DNA of 64,000 nt. Source: an uncultured delta proteobacterium. Its GTDB lineage: Bacteria; Desulfobacterota; Desulfomonilia; Desulfomonilales; Desulfomonilaceae. Position 1 is the first letter of the stretch. Each line of letters starts with the position of its first letter. The notes below the pieces were generated by a model. It was given only the letters and a program-made list of their open reading frames with translations, made no database searches and was not told the origin of the DNA. Positions 1-10,381 of the stretch are shown piece after piece. A program made the position numbers and the translations under genes. The DNA is taken from NCBI GenBank assembly GCA_963789265.1, contig CAWBKB010000004.1, positions 192,001-256,000 of the forward strand, in the 5' to 3' direction.

Positions 1-1406
1 TCGAGACCTGATCTCGTCTCGCGCGGAGGCTCGACAATCTTACGACCCCAACGAATCGCCCCGTCATTTGTGAAGAATAGGCCGTCCCTTTCCGCCCAAG
101 CTTCCGCGGGAAACACGATATGGGAAAGCTGCTCCGCCCGGTTGGCGATCGGCCCGAAATATGCCGTCAACGAGGTGTCTTCGGTCCGCGCTGTTAAGCG
201 TCCAAGAAAGTCGTGAAGATAATCGCCGGAACATATTATTGCCCGTGGAGGATCAACTTGGTTGCTTGTCACCTTGGCCAGAAGATCGTCCGCAGAAACG
301 GAAGAATCAGCCTCCGGATTTTGGTCGGTTGCTTCGGATTCTGGTACCTGCAAATCCGCAGAGGTACTAAGTGGCGGTTGTCCGGCATCGAGCGGATACC
401 AGCCGCCCCCTTTCTCGCCTGTCCAGCCCATGGCGGCAGACATTGTCGGCCAGATTCCATCACTCGACGAACTGCCGCGAGCTCTGCCGGTTATCAATTG
501 TACGATCCCCACGTTGGCAAGAAGATAGGCGGTTTCCTTCAGCTCTTTGCAAGACACACCAATCGTGTCGGCTGCGGCTTCCAAAGAAATCCGTTCCAAG
601 GAATTTCCCAGTGACTCGGCGACGGTGAATTGATTTGAGACGGAATCAGGTGTGCGCAGGTCCTCCTCCAGGATCACTTTCATGAGTCCCACGCCCAGAA
701 CATTGGCGGTCGCCGGTCTGGTTCTCAACACAATGTCGGCCTTGGACATGGTCTTTGTGAAACGAGTATCTGCGACCACGACTTTCGCGCCTCTTTTTTG
801 AGCTTCCAGCACCCAGCGGAAAGCTACTGGATGGGTTGAAGCCGGGTCCGCACCTACGATGAAGAGACATCGGCTGTGAATCCAGTCGAAACAAGAACAA
901 GCCGGAGCATTGAGGAAGTCGGCCGGATACGAACCGTATGAGCGATCAACGGAGCTGAAGACGTAGGGCGTACCCCAGAGAGCTGCAAAACGTTTCGCCG
1001 CTAGGATAAAATCCAAGCCCGCCGCCGGGTCGCACTGGATGAAAAGGCTCGTCGGACCGTATTGATCTCGAATTTTTTTGAGACGATCAGCCAGCAAATC
1101 CAAAGCGCGGTTCCAGGTTTCCAGTTCGTCGAAGTCCTCATTCAGTGAATTCCTGGCTCTAGGCTTTGCGATCCTTTCCGGGCTATACAGATCTCGGACG
1201 AAATTTGTGCCGGCCGCACACAAGGTGCCCACGCTCACAGAGTCCTTCTCATCACCATGGACATCGACGAGTCGGCCTTCACAGACGTAAGCACACAGGC
1301 CGCAGCCCACTGAGCACTCCCTGCATATCGTTGTTACTATGCGATCATGTTCTCTTCGAGTCCCGTTCGATCGTCTGATGGGATGATAATCAAGCATACC
1401 ATTCAT
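1..1406 (-). CDS. Molybdopterin oxidoreductase (DMSO reductase superfamily) large subunit, truncated at the window edge
   Basis: Not in the ORF track because no stop falls inside the window. Manual translation from ATG 1406 gives MNGMLDY...TTICRECSVGCGL...LCAAG (N-terminal 4Fe-4S motif), LFIVGADPASTHP, GAKVVVADTRFTKTMSKAD and HIVFPAEAWAERDG. Confidence 0.85.
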   Translation of the reverse strand, partial: MNGMLDYHPIRRSNGTRREHDRIVTTICRECSVGCGLCAYVCEGRLVDVHGDEKDSVSVGTLCAAGTNFVRDLYSPERIAKPRARNSLNEDFDELETWNRALDLLADRLKKIRDQYGPTSLFIQCDPAAGLDFILAAKRFAALWGTPYVFSSVDRSYGSYPADFLNAPACSCFDWIHSRCLFIVGADPASTHPVAFRWVLEAQKRGAKVVVADTRFTKTMSKADIVLRTRPATANVLGVGLMKVILEEDLRTPDSVSNQFTVAESLGNSLERISLEAAADTIGVSCKELKETAYLLANVGIVQLITGRARGSSSSDGIWPTMSAAMGWTGEKGGGWYPLDAGQPPLSTSADLQVPESEATDQNPEADSSVSADDLLAKVTSNQVDPPRAIICSGDYLHDFLGRLTARTEDTSLTAYFGPIANRAEQLSHIVFPAEAWAERDGLFFTNDGAIRWGRKIVEPPRETRSGL

Positions 1407-1457
1407 GACCTTCCTTAGTTCCGCAGACAACTCTGGACTGGCGCCGTACGGCCAAGA

Positions 1458-1473
1458 AGCAAATACCATGCCA
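1458..1473 (-). promoter_or_regulatory. Sigma-54 (-24/-12) promoter of the molybdopterin oxidoreductase gene
   Basis: Minus strand reads TGGCATGGTATTTGCT, matching the TGGCAC-N5-TTGC consensus with correct GG-N10-GC spacing, about 50 nt upstream of the ATG. Confidence 0.75.
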
Positions 1474-2201
1474 CGGCGCAGATCCCTTCCCATCTCATGA
1501 CGCCATGAGTACCTATTTAGGGCCGATTCGATCTCTATGGGAAACCGCACAGGTTTGGGGGCTAATGCCGCGGGAATCAATACCCCATTCCATTCGGGCC
1601 ATTGTCGATCAATTGCTTGACATAACTAAGTAATCCGGATTTTGGGGTCATGTGGGGCAAAAGAGGTTGTTCCGGTCGCGCGTTCAGGTCGTTTGCCTCC
1701 GGTCGCGGTGGGAAGAACGCAAGAAAAGGGCGCTTACATACAGATAAATATATCATATTATCAGATAATTACGCACTCAGATAATTCTAAGTCAGGTACG
1801 TTTCCAACTGAGACTATTGGTACAAATCGTGCAAGACGTGCAACTGACTAACCTCACGAATCTATGGAACAAGCATGAAAAGTTAGGCGGACAAGGCATC
1901 AACTCCGGAGAGAGGCTCAGCGGGCGTTTCACGGACGCATTGTCGTGCGTAGAAGCCATGTGGCAGAAACTCGCTCCAGAAGATCTAAGCTTTCGTTCGT
2001 CTATTTCATGCTGAAGCCCTTTCTAAGAGGATGCAAGTCCCTGGAGAAGGGGAGGCCCTTTGATCTGGTAGGAAAGGGGGTAGATAAGATTCAGGATCAG
2101 CAATAGAGAGGCAAAGGGTCTGCCAATGAGGCGGCTCCGCTTACTTGGGAGGAAGTAAGGGGACCGGACAACCATCCTCCATATACAAGAAAGGTGTGGA
2201 A

Positions 2202-2732
2202 ATGACACTTGCAGTGCTGATCGCCATTAGCATCATGTGGCTACCGGTCGCGATACTTTTCCTGGGCCAAGGCGAAGCGAAGGGTACCGGCGCAGCCACA
2301 GGTTTTGTTGGGGCCGTGGTAGTTTTGAGCGCCATACTCCAGGCAGCGGTCTTCAAAGATCCGTTCACAGCCGGGCTGCTATTCGTTCATGGGCTGCTTT
2401 ACTGCACAGTAGCTTATGCGTTGCTTGCGGGTCTGGAAGATCTCAGGTCTGTGGGCAACGTTAGTCTGACAGTTGCCATTGTCTCTGCAATTTACATGGT
2501 CATCTTTTTCACGGGAGGGTCGATTGGAGCAGATGGAAAACAGTTGGTCGCTCCGAGCAATTTCTTCGCGATGGCCTGCGCCGGTTACTGTATCCTCACT
2601 CTTGAGGTATGGCTCAACGCGTACGGCAAGTTCCCGGCAAAAGGTCTTGCCTGGTCGCTCATAGTGTGGGCTTTCGTTGGGCTTTGGCTGCCTGCGTTCT
2701 CACTTTTGGCAACGGGGAAGCTTCCTTTCTGA
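2202..2732 (+). CDS. AmiS/UreI-family amide/urea channel-like membrane protein
   Basis: About 176 aa with roughly six hydrophobic segments. C-terminal GLWLPAFSLL resembles the AmiS/UreI WIP motif. RBS AAGGTG precedes ATG 2202. Confidence 0.6.
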   Translation: MTLAVLIAISIMWLPVAILFLGQGEAKGTGAATGFVGAVVVLSAILQAAVFKDPFTAGLLFVHGLLYCTVAYALLAGLEDLRSVGNVSLTVAIVSAIYMVIFFTGGSIGADGKQLVAPSNFFAMACAGYCILTLEVWLNAYGKFPAKGLAWSLIVWAFVGLWLPAFSLLATGKLPF

Positions 2733-2877
2733 GGTCGCGGGAGTTCACTGCTGCTTCGCAGCCGCGCAAGGAGCAGTGATCTCCCCGCCCAGTATAGTGA
2801 AGTCTGGACCGCCGAGAGGTGTGCTCTCGTCTAATGGAGCTTGAAGGCGAGTTTTTCGATTCGGGAGGGGGCGGAAA

Positions 2878-4050
2878 ATGTTCAGGGCAGCTACGGTGGT
2901 TGGCAACGACCGATTTTCAAAAGCTACGGGTCGGCGCCTGGCCGACTCACTCATCAAGGAGTTGGGTCAACGTCCGGATGCTTGCTGGCTCTTTTGTGCG
3001 GCAAGCAACGGTCTTCAGGATCTCGTGGAAGGAGCGTTCGATGCGGCCGGTGCGAAGTACTTCGTTGGATGTACCACTGACGGCGAAATCTCTACAACGG
3101 GGTTTAGCACCGGATCCGCGGTCCTGGCGGGAATCGCAACCGATCAGATTAGTTTTCAGGTTGCGTACACATCCGGCATTAGCCGCGACGGGGAATGGGC
3201 TGGGCGGCAGTTAGCCGAAGCATTGTCCCGTACCTCCCGTCATGTGCAACTGCTGTCGGATGGGCTTACAGGCAACGGGAGCGCCATTGCGCGAGGGATG
3301 ACGACGATCCTTGGGCCCGATGTCCCTATAAGTGGAGGGGCAGCGGGTGACTCAAGGCAGTTCAAGCGAACCTGGCAGTTTATCGGAAACAGGGTGCTTT
3401 CCGATTCGGCCGTAGCCATAGCGATGGACGGCAATTTCCATGTAGGAACCGGGGTAAGAAGTGGTTGGATCCCGGCAGGAATGCCCAGGAAGGTCACCCG
3501 GGCGCGAGGCAACGTGGTCTATGAATTCGATGGTGAGCCGGCCCTAGCGGTTTACCGAATGTATCTCGGTCCATTTGCGGATAAGCTTCCTGCTATAGGG
3601 GTGCAGTTCCCGTTTGGCATCATAGACGAATCTCTCGGCCTGGGCACGGATCCCATTTTACGTGCACCTATGGCGCTTAGCGAACAAGATGGCTCCGTCA
3701 CCTTTGCAGGAGAAGTTCCCGAAGGGGCAACCATGGTTTTGACCACCGGTGGAGTTGGCGAAAGCCTGTTGGAAGCTTCCGCTGAAGCGGCCAGACGAGC
3801 CCTATTCGATCTGGGAGACAGTACGCCGGCCATGATATTTTTTTACTCCTGCATGGCCCGTAAGATCGTGTTAGGACGTCGCACGGGCGAAGAAACGTCG
3901 CGCATTTGCTCGATTATCGGCAAGGGCGTGCCGGTAACCGGCTTCTACACCTATGGGGAGTACTGTCCTTCCCAACGAGGTAGCGGATGCCTGCTTCACA
4001 ATGAGACCGCGACCGTAACAGTGATCGGGTTGCCTCCCAGACGTCTTTGA
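2878..4050 (+). CDS. FIST N/C domain signal-transduction protein
   Basis: VGCTTDGEI, GGAAGD, SCMARK and GFYTYGEY...HNET motifs. Confidence 0.9.
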   Translation: MFRAATVVGNDRFSKATGRRLADSLIKELGQRPDACWLFCAASNGLQDLVEGAFDAAGAKYFVGCTTDGEISTTGFSTGSAVLAGIATDQISFQVAYTSGISRDGEWAGRQLAEALSRTSRHVQLLSDGLTGNGSAIARGMTTILGPDVPISGGAAGDSRQFKRTWQFIGNRVLSDSAVAIAMDGNFHVGTGVRSGWIPAGMPRKVTRARGNVVYEFDGEPALAVYRMYLGPFADKLPAIGVQFPFGIIDESLGLGTDPILRAPMALSEQDGSVTFAGEVPEGATMVLTTGGVGESLLEASAEAARRALFDLGDSTPAMIFFYSCMARKIVLGRRTGEETSRICSIIGKGVPVTGFYTYGEYCPSQRGSGCLLHNETATVTVIGLPPRRL

Positions 4051-4179
4051 TCCGCTTAAAGTCCGAAGAATCTTGGCGGACTTTGGGTCGGAAGCCTGAA
4101 CCGATGGTTCAGGCGATTGGACCGACAAACCGCGGTACCAGGCAGGCTCTCTTAAAGGGCTTGCCTCCCGTGAGGTGAG

Positions 4180-5445
4180 ATGAAAGCAAAAGAATCCTAC
4201 GCCGGATTCCCTCCACTCTCCGAAGTTGACCACATAGTGGAGGCTTTGGTCCACGATCCGCCCGATCGGCGATGGCGTATAGTGCGGGATTTATTCCGCA
4301 TTGACGACCGGGAGCGAACGCAGGAACTGATTACCAGGCTTCAACCGTACCTTTACCAAGTCGAAGATTTTCGGGTCAAATCACGTATAACCATAGCCTT
4401 GCAAGCGCTGCACCACCCGGGCGACACAGAGGGGTATCGGCTGATCAAGGGAAAGGGAGCTTTCCAAATGTCCGATCTTGAATCTTGCCGGGGCAAGCAA
4501 TCGGGACAGGAAGTCTTGCGGCACAACTTCGCTCCAGTCGTGGATTTTCATATTCATCCCAAAGTGCCGGATCTGAAATTATTTGCCGACCTGAGCCGGG
4601 CCGGGATCGCCTATGCGGTTATTCTCGCGACGGATACCGATCCCTCGGATGTTGACCGACCTGAAATCAGAGATGAGTTGCGAAAGGAATATTCGGGTTG
4701 TGCCCAATCGCATCGCCTGCCGTTCGACAAGGTGCTCGGACAAATAAGAGCAAGCCTCTATTCTCCGACTCATGTCACGAATCAGGACGTTGCAGACTGG
4801 GTAGAAGACTATCCGGACATTCTCTTCGGGTTCGGATCGGTAAACCTGTCGAAGGACAAATCGTACGTGGAGCGAAAACTCGAAGAGATCCAAGAGCTGA
4901 GGCTTCCGGGAATCAAGCTGCTGCCGTTTTCACAGTTCTTCAATCCTGCTGACAGTGAAAACGTTAATTTGCTCTTCGATTATTGCAGGCAGACCGGCTC
5001 CATCGTCCTCTCTCATACCGGCTGCGCCGCGGGACCGTTCGAGATCCTTGAACTGAGCCGGAATGCACATCCGGGAAATTGGGAACCGGTACTGAAAAAG
5101 TATCCGGACGTCCCCCTCGTCCTGGCCCATTGCGGATCGTACAGTAGTTATATTCCCGGAATTTGGCTCTATGAGGCCCTGCAAATGGGGAAGAAGTTCA
5201 GAAACGTTTTCGCAGACATAGCCGCGGTAGAATGGCTACTGGACCGGGAAACGGTCGTCAAAGAAATTCGAAAGACTATCGGATTCGATCGCATTCTTTT
5301 CGGCACGGATTACCCGTTGCCGCTTTCAGCAGGAGTAAGTATGGCCTATTTAGTCAGTGGGATTAAAGCAAATATTCTTCTGACTGAAAAGGAAAAGCGC
5401 AAAGTCCTGGGCGGAAACGCGGCTGAACTACTGGATATAGGATAA
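4180..5445 (+). CDS. Amidohydrolase_2-family metal-dependent hydrolase with an N-terminal helical extension of about 115 aa
   Basis: VDFHIH, GIKLLP, SHTG, VLAHCG and ILFGTDYP metal-ligand motifs. Confidence 0.85.
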   Translation: MKAKESYAGFPPLSEVDHIVEALVHDPPDRRWRIVRDLFRIDDRERTQELITRLQPYLYQVEDFRVKSRITIALQALHHPGDTEGYRLIKGKGAFQMSDLESCRGKQSGQEVLRHNFAPVVDFHIHPKVPDLKLFADLSRAGIAYAVILATDTDPSDVDRPEIRDELRKEYSGCAQSHRLPFDKVLGQIRASLYSPTHVTNQDVADWVEDYPDILFGFGSVNLSKDKSYVERKLEEIQELRLPGIKLLPFSQFFNPADSENVNLLFDYCRQTGSIVLSHTGCAAGPFEILELSRNAHPGNWEPVLKKYPDVPLVLAHCGSYSSYIPGIWLYEALQMGKKFRNVFADIAAVEWLLDRETVVKEIRKTIGFDRILFGTDYPLPLSAGVSMAYLVSGIKANILLTEKEKRKVLGGNAAELLDIG

Positions 5446-5487
5446 ACGGCAGAATGTGCCTTCCGGGTCTTTGTGAAAGGCGATTAA

Positions 5488-6325
5488 GTGGAACAAGGGG
5501 ATCTTACTAAGGAAATCACCGCATTAGCGGCGTTGCCGGACCACAGGATTGAGCTGGCTTCCGCAGCCCTCACCATCGCAAGGTCGGAATACCCGGATCT
5601 TGACGCATCGCGGTACGAAGAGCAGTTGAACGACATGGCCGCAACACTGAATCCAAGAATCCGGCAGATACCGACGTCGGAACGCGCACTCGATGAACTT
5701 AATAGCCTCATATTCAAGGAAGTCGGATTCCGCGGGAACCGCGATGATTACTACGATCCCAAAAACAGTTTCCTCAACGAGGTTCTTGACCGGAAACTCG
5801 GCATTCCTATCACTCTTTGCGTTGTTTACATGGAAGTGGGCAGGCGAGTAGGTCTGCCCCTTTACGGAATAGGTTTCCCGGGCCACTTCTTGACGGGTTC
5901 TGGTCACTGAAAAGAGCAGAGTTTTCATCGACCCGTTCAATGACGGGAAAATTCTCAGCGAAAGCGACCTTGTCAGGATGCTTCATGGTGGATTCGGCAG
6001 ATCGTTGCCTTTCAAGCAAAATCTCCTCGATCCGATGTGGCCCAAACAGATCTTGGTTAGGCTTCTGCGCAATTTGAAAGCCATTTATTGGCGCCGATCC
6101 CAATATTTAAGGGCGCTCCAGATGATCCAATGGATCTTAATCTTGAATCCGGATTCTGCCCCGGACCTTAAAGAGAGGGGGCTAATCTCTGAAGCCATAG
6201 GCGATATCCCAGGAGCAATCGAGGATCTTCAAAGATATTTGGAGCTCACCACCGCAGCGGAAGACGAACAGATCGTAAGAGCGACGATCGAGCGGCTGAA
6301 GAAGAGGAAGACTACGATTCATTGA
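5488..6325 (+). CDS. SirB1/YchA-family (transglutaminase-like core plus TPR) protein; one apparent +1 frameshift near 5899
   Basis: GFRGNRDDYYDPKNSFLNEVLDRKLGIPITL and FPGHFL, then in the shifted frame VFIDPFNDG, RLLRNLK and a TPR-like ERGL segment. Confidence 0.85.
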
Positions 6326-6747
6326 GGACTACCCATAATGGGAATAGACTAATAACGGTGCGAGAAATGGAAAGCGAAGAGCAAGATCTTCAAGAGCTGG
6401 AGAGAGCTAATCCAATTATACAGGTGGCCCTGGAGTTGGGCATCAAAGTCCGAGGCAGCGTGGGAAAGTGCTTCAAAGAGGACAGGCATGCCTCAGACGG
6501 TGTAAAGTCAACTCTCTTTTTCAACCCTGCGCGGAATAGGTTTCAGTGCCGAGACTGCGAGGACGTGGGGGGCACTGTTATAGATTTGGTGTGCCAGTAT
6601 AACGGATGGGAGAGACAAAAGGCCATAGAGTGGTTGCGTCACCGGGTGGAATTTGACCGGTACACAAAGGGTCTCTATCATGGAAAAGGGCGGAAAAAGC
6701 CGTCGGTCGCAAATGCAACGCAAACTGGGAAGGCAGAGGTAAGGTAA
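6322..6747 (+). CDS. Stand-alone CHC2-type zinc-finger protein (primase zinc-binding-domain-like); alternative start at ATG 6367
   Basis: C-x5-H...FQCRDC-x3-GGTVIDLV...AIEWL matches the primase ZBD pattern. No TOPRIM domain. Basic C-terminal tail. Confidence 0.75.
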   Translation: MRTTHNGNRLITVREMESEEQDLQELERANPIIQVALELGIKVRGSVGKCFKEDRHASDGVKSTLFFNPARNRFQCRDCEDVGGTVIDLVCQYNGWERQKAIEWLRHRVEFDRYTKGLYHGKGRKKPSVANATQTGKAEVR

Positions 6748-6752
6748 CAGGT

Positions 6753-8562
6753 ATGGGTTCCGAGTGGAATGCAGATGAAGAAAATCAAAGCCTCCCGAAG
6801 AATTCCACTGTCCGAGAGGTTGCTGAAGCAATTGTGAAGGAAGCGGAAGAGCACAGCCCACCTGAAGACACGCAGAGGAAAGACGAAATCGAGAAACGGA
6901 TACGGGAATCGGAGAAGAAACGACTCATGTTGGCCGAGGCGCTTCACTCTTCCAGAATAGAAATTCAGAGGCTTATGCCGGGCCGGGACAGGGACGCTGA
7001 TAGGGCTCTTCCGTTCGGAGTCTTTGTCCAGTACGGTCCGGATCGAGAGACTGTCGTTATAAAATACCACGGTCGGCTTCATGAAACGAAAGTGCTGCCC
7101 CAGGAACCGGGAACGGAAGACGAACCGGCAAAGGGAACTTTCCATGCCATACGACAGATCGGCAAGAAAAGGGATATTCGCCGAAGAGGGTTCAGGAAAG
7201 GGGAGTTGCTCCTACTTAACAATGACCTCCAGGTATTGGAACCGAGAGGATTTGACCTTGTTTGTGGAGGACTTGCTACTGTGCAGCAGATCCTCAGTGA
7301 GGAAAAGTTGCTGGTCAAAACGGTGGGCGATGAGAATCTCGTGGTGACGAGAGCAGCTCCCCTTTCACTCGTCAAAATAGTCATTGGCGACAAAATTGAA
7401 TACGACCACGAGTCTCTCTTCGCGTACGGGCTCCTCCCCAAGAGCGACGTGGATCGTTTGGCTCTGGAGAAGGTTCCTGACATTCACTATTCCGATATCG
7501 GGGGGCTCGAGGAAGCAGTCGAGTTGATTCGAGACGCCATCGAATTGCCGCACCTATACCCGGACTACTTCAAGGAGCATCGACTGGTCCCCCCGAAAGG
7601 GATTCTGCTCTACGGCCCCCCTGGATGCGGGAAAACGCTCCTTGCCAAGGCAGTGGCCAATAGCCTTGCAAAGCGAATTGAAGCGGAGACGGGGGAGCGA
7701 AAGGTAGGCTTCTTTCTCAACGTAAAGGGCCCGGAACTCCTCAATAAGTACGTCGGCGAAACTGAACAGGCTATCCGCGACTTGTTCGCCCGTGCCAGAA
7801 ACCAAGCCAGGCACCGCACTCCTGTAATAATCTTTTTTGATGAGATGGATTCCATGTTTCGGGTGAGAGGGTCCGGGATATCATCGGACATGGAAGCAAC
7901 GATTGTCCCGCAGTTCCTGGCCGAACTCGACGGCCTTGAACCTCTGGAAAACGTCGTAGTTATCGGAGCTACCAATCGAGAGGATCTTATCGACCCTGCC
8001 GTGCTAAGGCCCGGCCGCCTCGATCGCAAGATTCGAATTCCACGCCCAGAACGAGCGGCCGCACTCGAGATCTTTCCCAAGTACCTTGACTCCCGACCTT
8101 CCACTTGACCCTGTGCTCGTCGAACGCTGCGGAGATCCGGGCCGAGCCATAGACTGGCTCATTTCGACGTTGGTCGAGGAGCTGTACGGGATGACGAAGG
8201 AAAACGAACTCCTGGAAATAACTTATGCCGACGGAACTCAAACGATTCTGTATCTCAAGGATTTCGTGAGCGGAGCCATCATTGAACACATTGTCAACCG
8301 GGCAAAGCTGTCCGCGGTAAAAGATCTGGTCAACAGAGGGACAAGAGGTATCACTTTCGATCATCTGCAGACGGCGCTCCGTCGGGAATTCGAAGAAAAT
8401 GAGGATTTGCCCAGCAACACGAATCCAACGGAATGGTACCGGATAATAGGTTCAGGTGGAGACAGAGTAATCAGGATTCGCTCTTTATTCTGCAAGAGAG
8501 TCGCTATTTGCGAAGAACAGAAGCCTGGAGAGTTTTTGGAGGTAACCGACCGCCTCAAATAA
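6753..8562 (+). CDS. arc: ARC/Mpa-type AAA+ ATPase; apparent +1 frameshift near 8087
   Basis: N-terminal coiled coil, LEKVPDIHYSDIGGL, Walker A GPPGCGKT, FLNVKGPELLNKYVGETE, Walker B IIFFDEMD, R-G-S-G-I-S-S-D, and the Mpa-specific ENEDLPSNTNP. Confidence 0.93.
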
Positions 8563-8587
8563 ATGGGCTGAATATATGTGAGGGAGT

Positions 8588-10142
8588 ATGAGCATACCCA
8601 AGGTGGTTGGCATTGAAGAAGAATACGCAATCCACTTGCAAGGAGACCACGGTCTTACACCATTTCAGGCCTCCTGTGCACTCGTAAATTCGTACGCTCG
8701 CAAGGTAGGGCTGCGAGCACCTGGGATTAAACTGCTCTGGGATTACGGTCATGAGACGCCATTCCACGATTTTTCGCGGAGATCTCTTCGGAAAGAGTAC
8801 AGGCCAGGAAATCGTCTCCTCCGCAGAAAATCTTCGTCTTAACGCAGTGTTGCCCAACGGCGCCAGACTGTATACGGACCACGGGCACCCCGAATATTCG
8901 ACACCGGAGTGTCTGAGTGCCAGAAACGCGGTTGCTTGTGACAAAGCGGGGGAGCTGATTTTTCGGGAAGCTCTTGCCGCGGTGAGAGAATTGATGCCCC
9001 GGCTGAAGATCGGGCTGTTCAAGAACAACATCGACTATCAGGGGCACAGCTACGGGTGTCACGAGAACTACCTGATGGATGCGCGGGCACACGAAGAATG
9101 CTTCGTTCGCAGCCCGGAGAAAGCGGTGCGAATCCTGGTACCGTTTCTCGTCACTCGCCAGCTATTTGCGGGAACAGGCCGGGTCGGCTCAGCGAAGCCG
9201 CATGATCCATCGGTTCCGTACCGGATGTCGCAGCGGGCCGACTTTATCGAGACTATCTTCGGTTTGGAGACCATGTACTCGAGGCCCATTATCAACACCC
9301 GGGCAGAGCATCACGTGGATCCGAAACGTTTTCGGCGACTGCACTTGATCCTGGGTGACGCAAACATGAGCGAGTTCGCGGGCTTTCTCAAGATCGGCAG
9401 CACTCAAATAGTGCTACAGATGCTGGAAGACGGTTTCCTGACTGAAGACCTGACGCTCAAGGACCCGGTCAAGGCTATGCGAACGGTGGCGAAATTCGAC
9501 TCCCGGCTCGAACTGGCCGACGGTCGCACTATAAGTCCTCTGGATCTTCAGAGGCTGTTTCTGGCGGCAGCCAAACGGTACCATCGATCCGGGCACGGTT
9601 CTCAGGTACCTGATGCCGATCTGATTTTGCAAGCCTGGGCGTACGCTCTGGATGGATTGGAGAAACTCAGGCTTTCCGAAGACTTTGAGTTTGTGGAGGA
9701 CCCTCTGAACTTGAGCAAGCGTCTGGATTGGGTCATAAAACTGTGGTTGATTCATCGCTACCGAGAGAGCAAAGGGTGCTCGTGGGAAACCCAGGAGCTA
9801 AGTGTATTTGATCTGCAATATCACAACGTTGAACCTGACAGCGGCTTGTTCTGGCATCTTCAGAGTAAGGGCTTGGTTGATAGAATATTGGAGGACGATG
9901 AGATCTCGCGGGCAGTCAGAGAGGCTCCGCCCGACACCAGAGCCTACTTTCGCGGAAAGTGCATAGAAAAGTTCCCGAACGAGATCCACTTTGTTAACTG
10001 GGAAGTCGTGGGCTTCGATCACGGCGAAAGTCATCGCATGATACCGCTTCTCAACCCCCTGAAGGGCACCAGGGACCAATTCCGGGAAGTCTTTGAGATG
10101 TGCACGAATTCCAGGGAATTGGTGAAAATGGTCCAGGCATGA
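8588..10142 (+). CDS. dop: Depupylase/deamidase Dop; apparent +1 frameshift in a T-run near 8772
   Basis: VVGIEEEYAI, Dop-loop WDYGHETP, NGARLYTDHGHPEYSTPEC, SYGCHENYL, RRLHLILGDANMSE and PPDTRAYFRG. Confidence 0.9.
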
Positions 10143-10174
10143 ATGAGACTGATGGATCTGACTGGAGATAATTC

Positions 10175-10378
10175 ATGAGCGAATCTAGGCAGACACAAAT
10201 CCCTCAGAGGAAAAGAAGTAAGCAAAAGGACTCGACTGAAACAGAGACCTCGCTTCCGTCGATCTCCGGCGGAGAAAAGAAGCAGAAGCTTGAAGAGTTG
10301 GATGAGTTCATGGAAAGCGTGCTCCAAAAGGCAGGTGAAGAGTTCCTGGATGAGTTCAAACAGATTGAAGGGGAGTGA
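10175..10378 (+). CDS. pup: Pup-like prokaryotic ubiquitin-like protein with non-canonical C-terminus (QIEGE)
   Basis: 67 aa with a disordered N-terminal half and an acidic helical C-terminal half that aligns without gaps to the Pup C-terminus (VL-x4-E-x-F-x5-Q-x2-G-E). Lies between dop and pafA. RBS GGAG. Confidence 0.85.
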   Translation: MSESRQTQIPQRKRSKQKDSTETETSLPSISGGEKKQKLEELDEFMESVLQKAGEEFLDEFKQIEGE

Positions 10379-10381
10379 CAT

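Noticed and set aside
161..1378. Short ORFs listed in the first 1.4 kb
   Set aside because: Shadow frames of the minus-strand molybdopterin oxidoreductase.
1960..2200. Riboswitch or sigma-54 promoter upstream of the AmiS/UreI-like gene
   Set aside because: Purine-rich with small hairpins but no recognisable aptamer. TGGCAGAAACTCGC has GG-N9-GC, the wrong spacing.
6753..10142. Programmed frameshifting or pseudogene status of arc and dop
   Set aside because: Similar one-base indels occur in many unrelated housekeeping genes, and no slippery-site pattern or further decay is seen.
10175..10378. Calling the tag UBact
   Set aside because: It lacks the R[S/T]G[E/Q] terminus, and its helical region aligns better with Pup.
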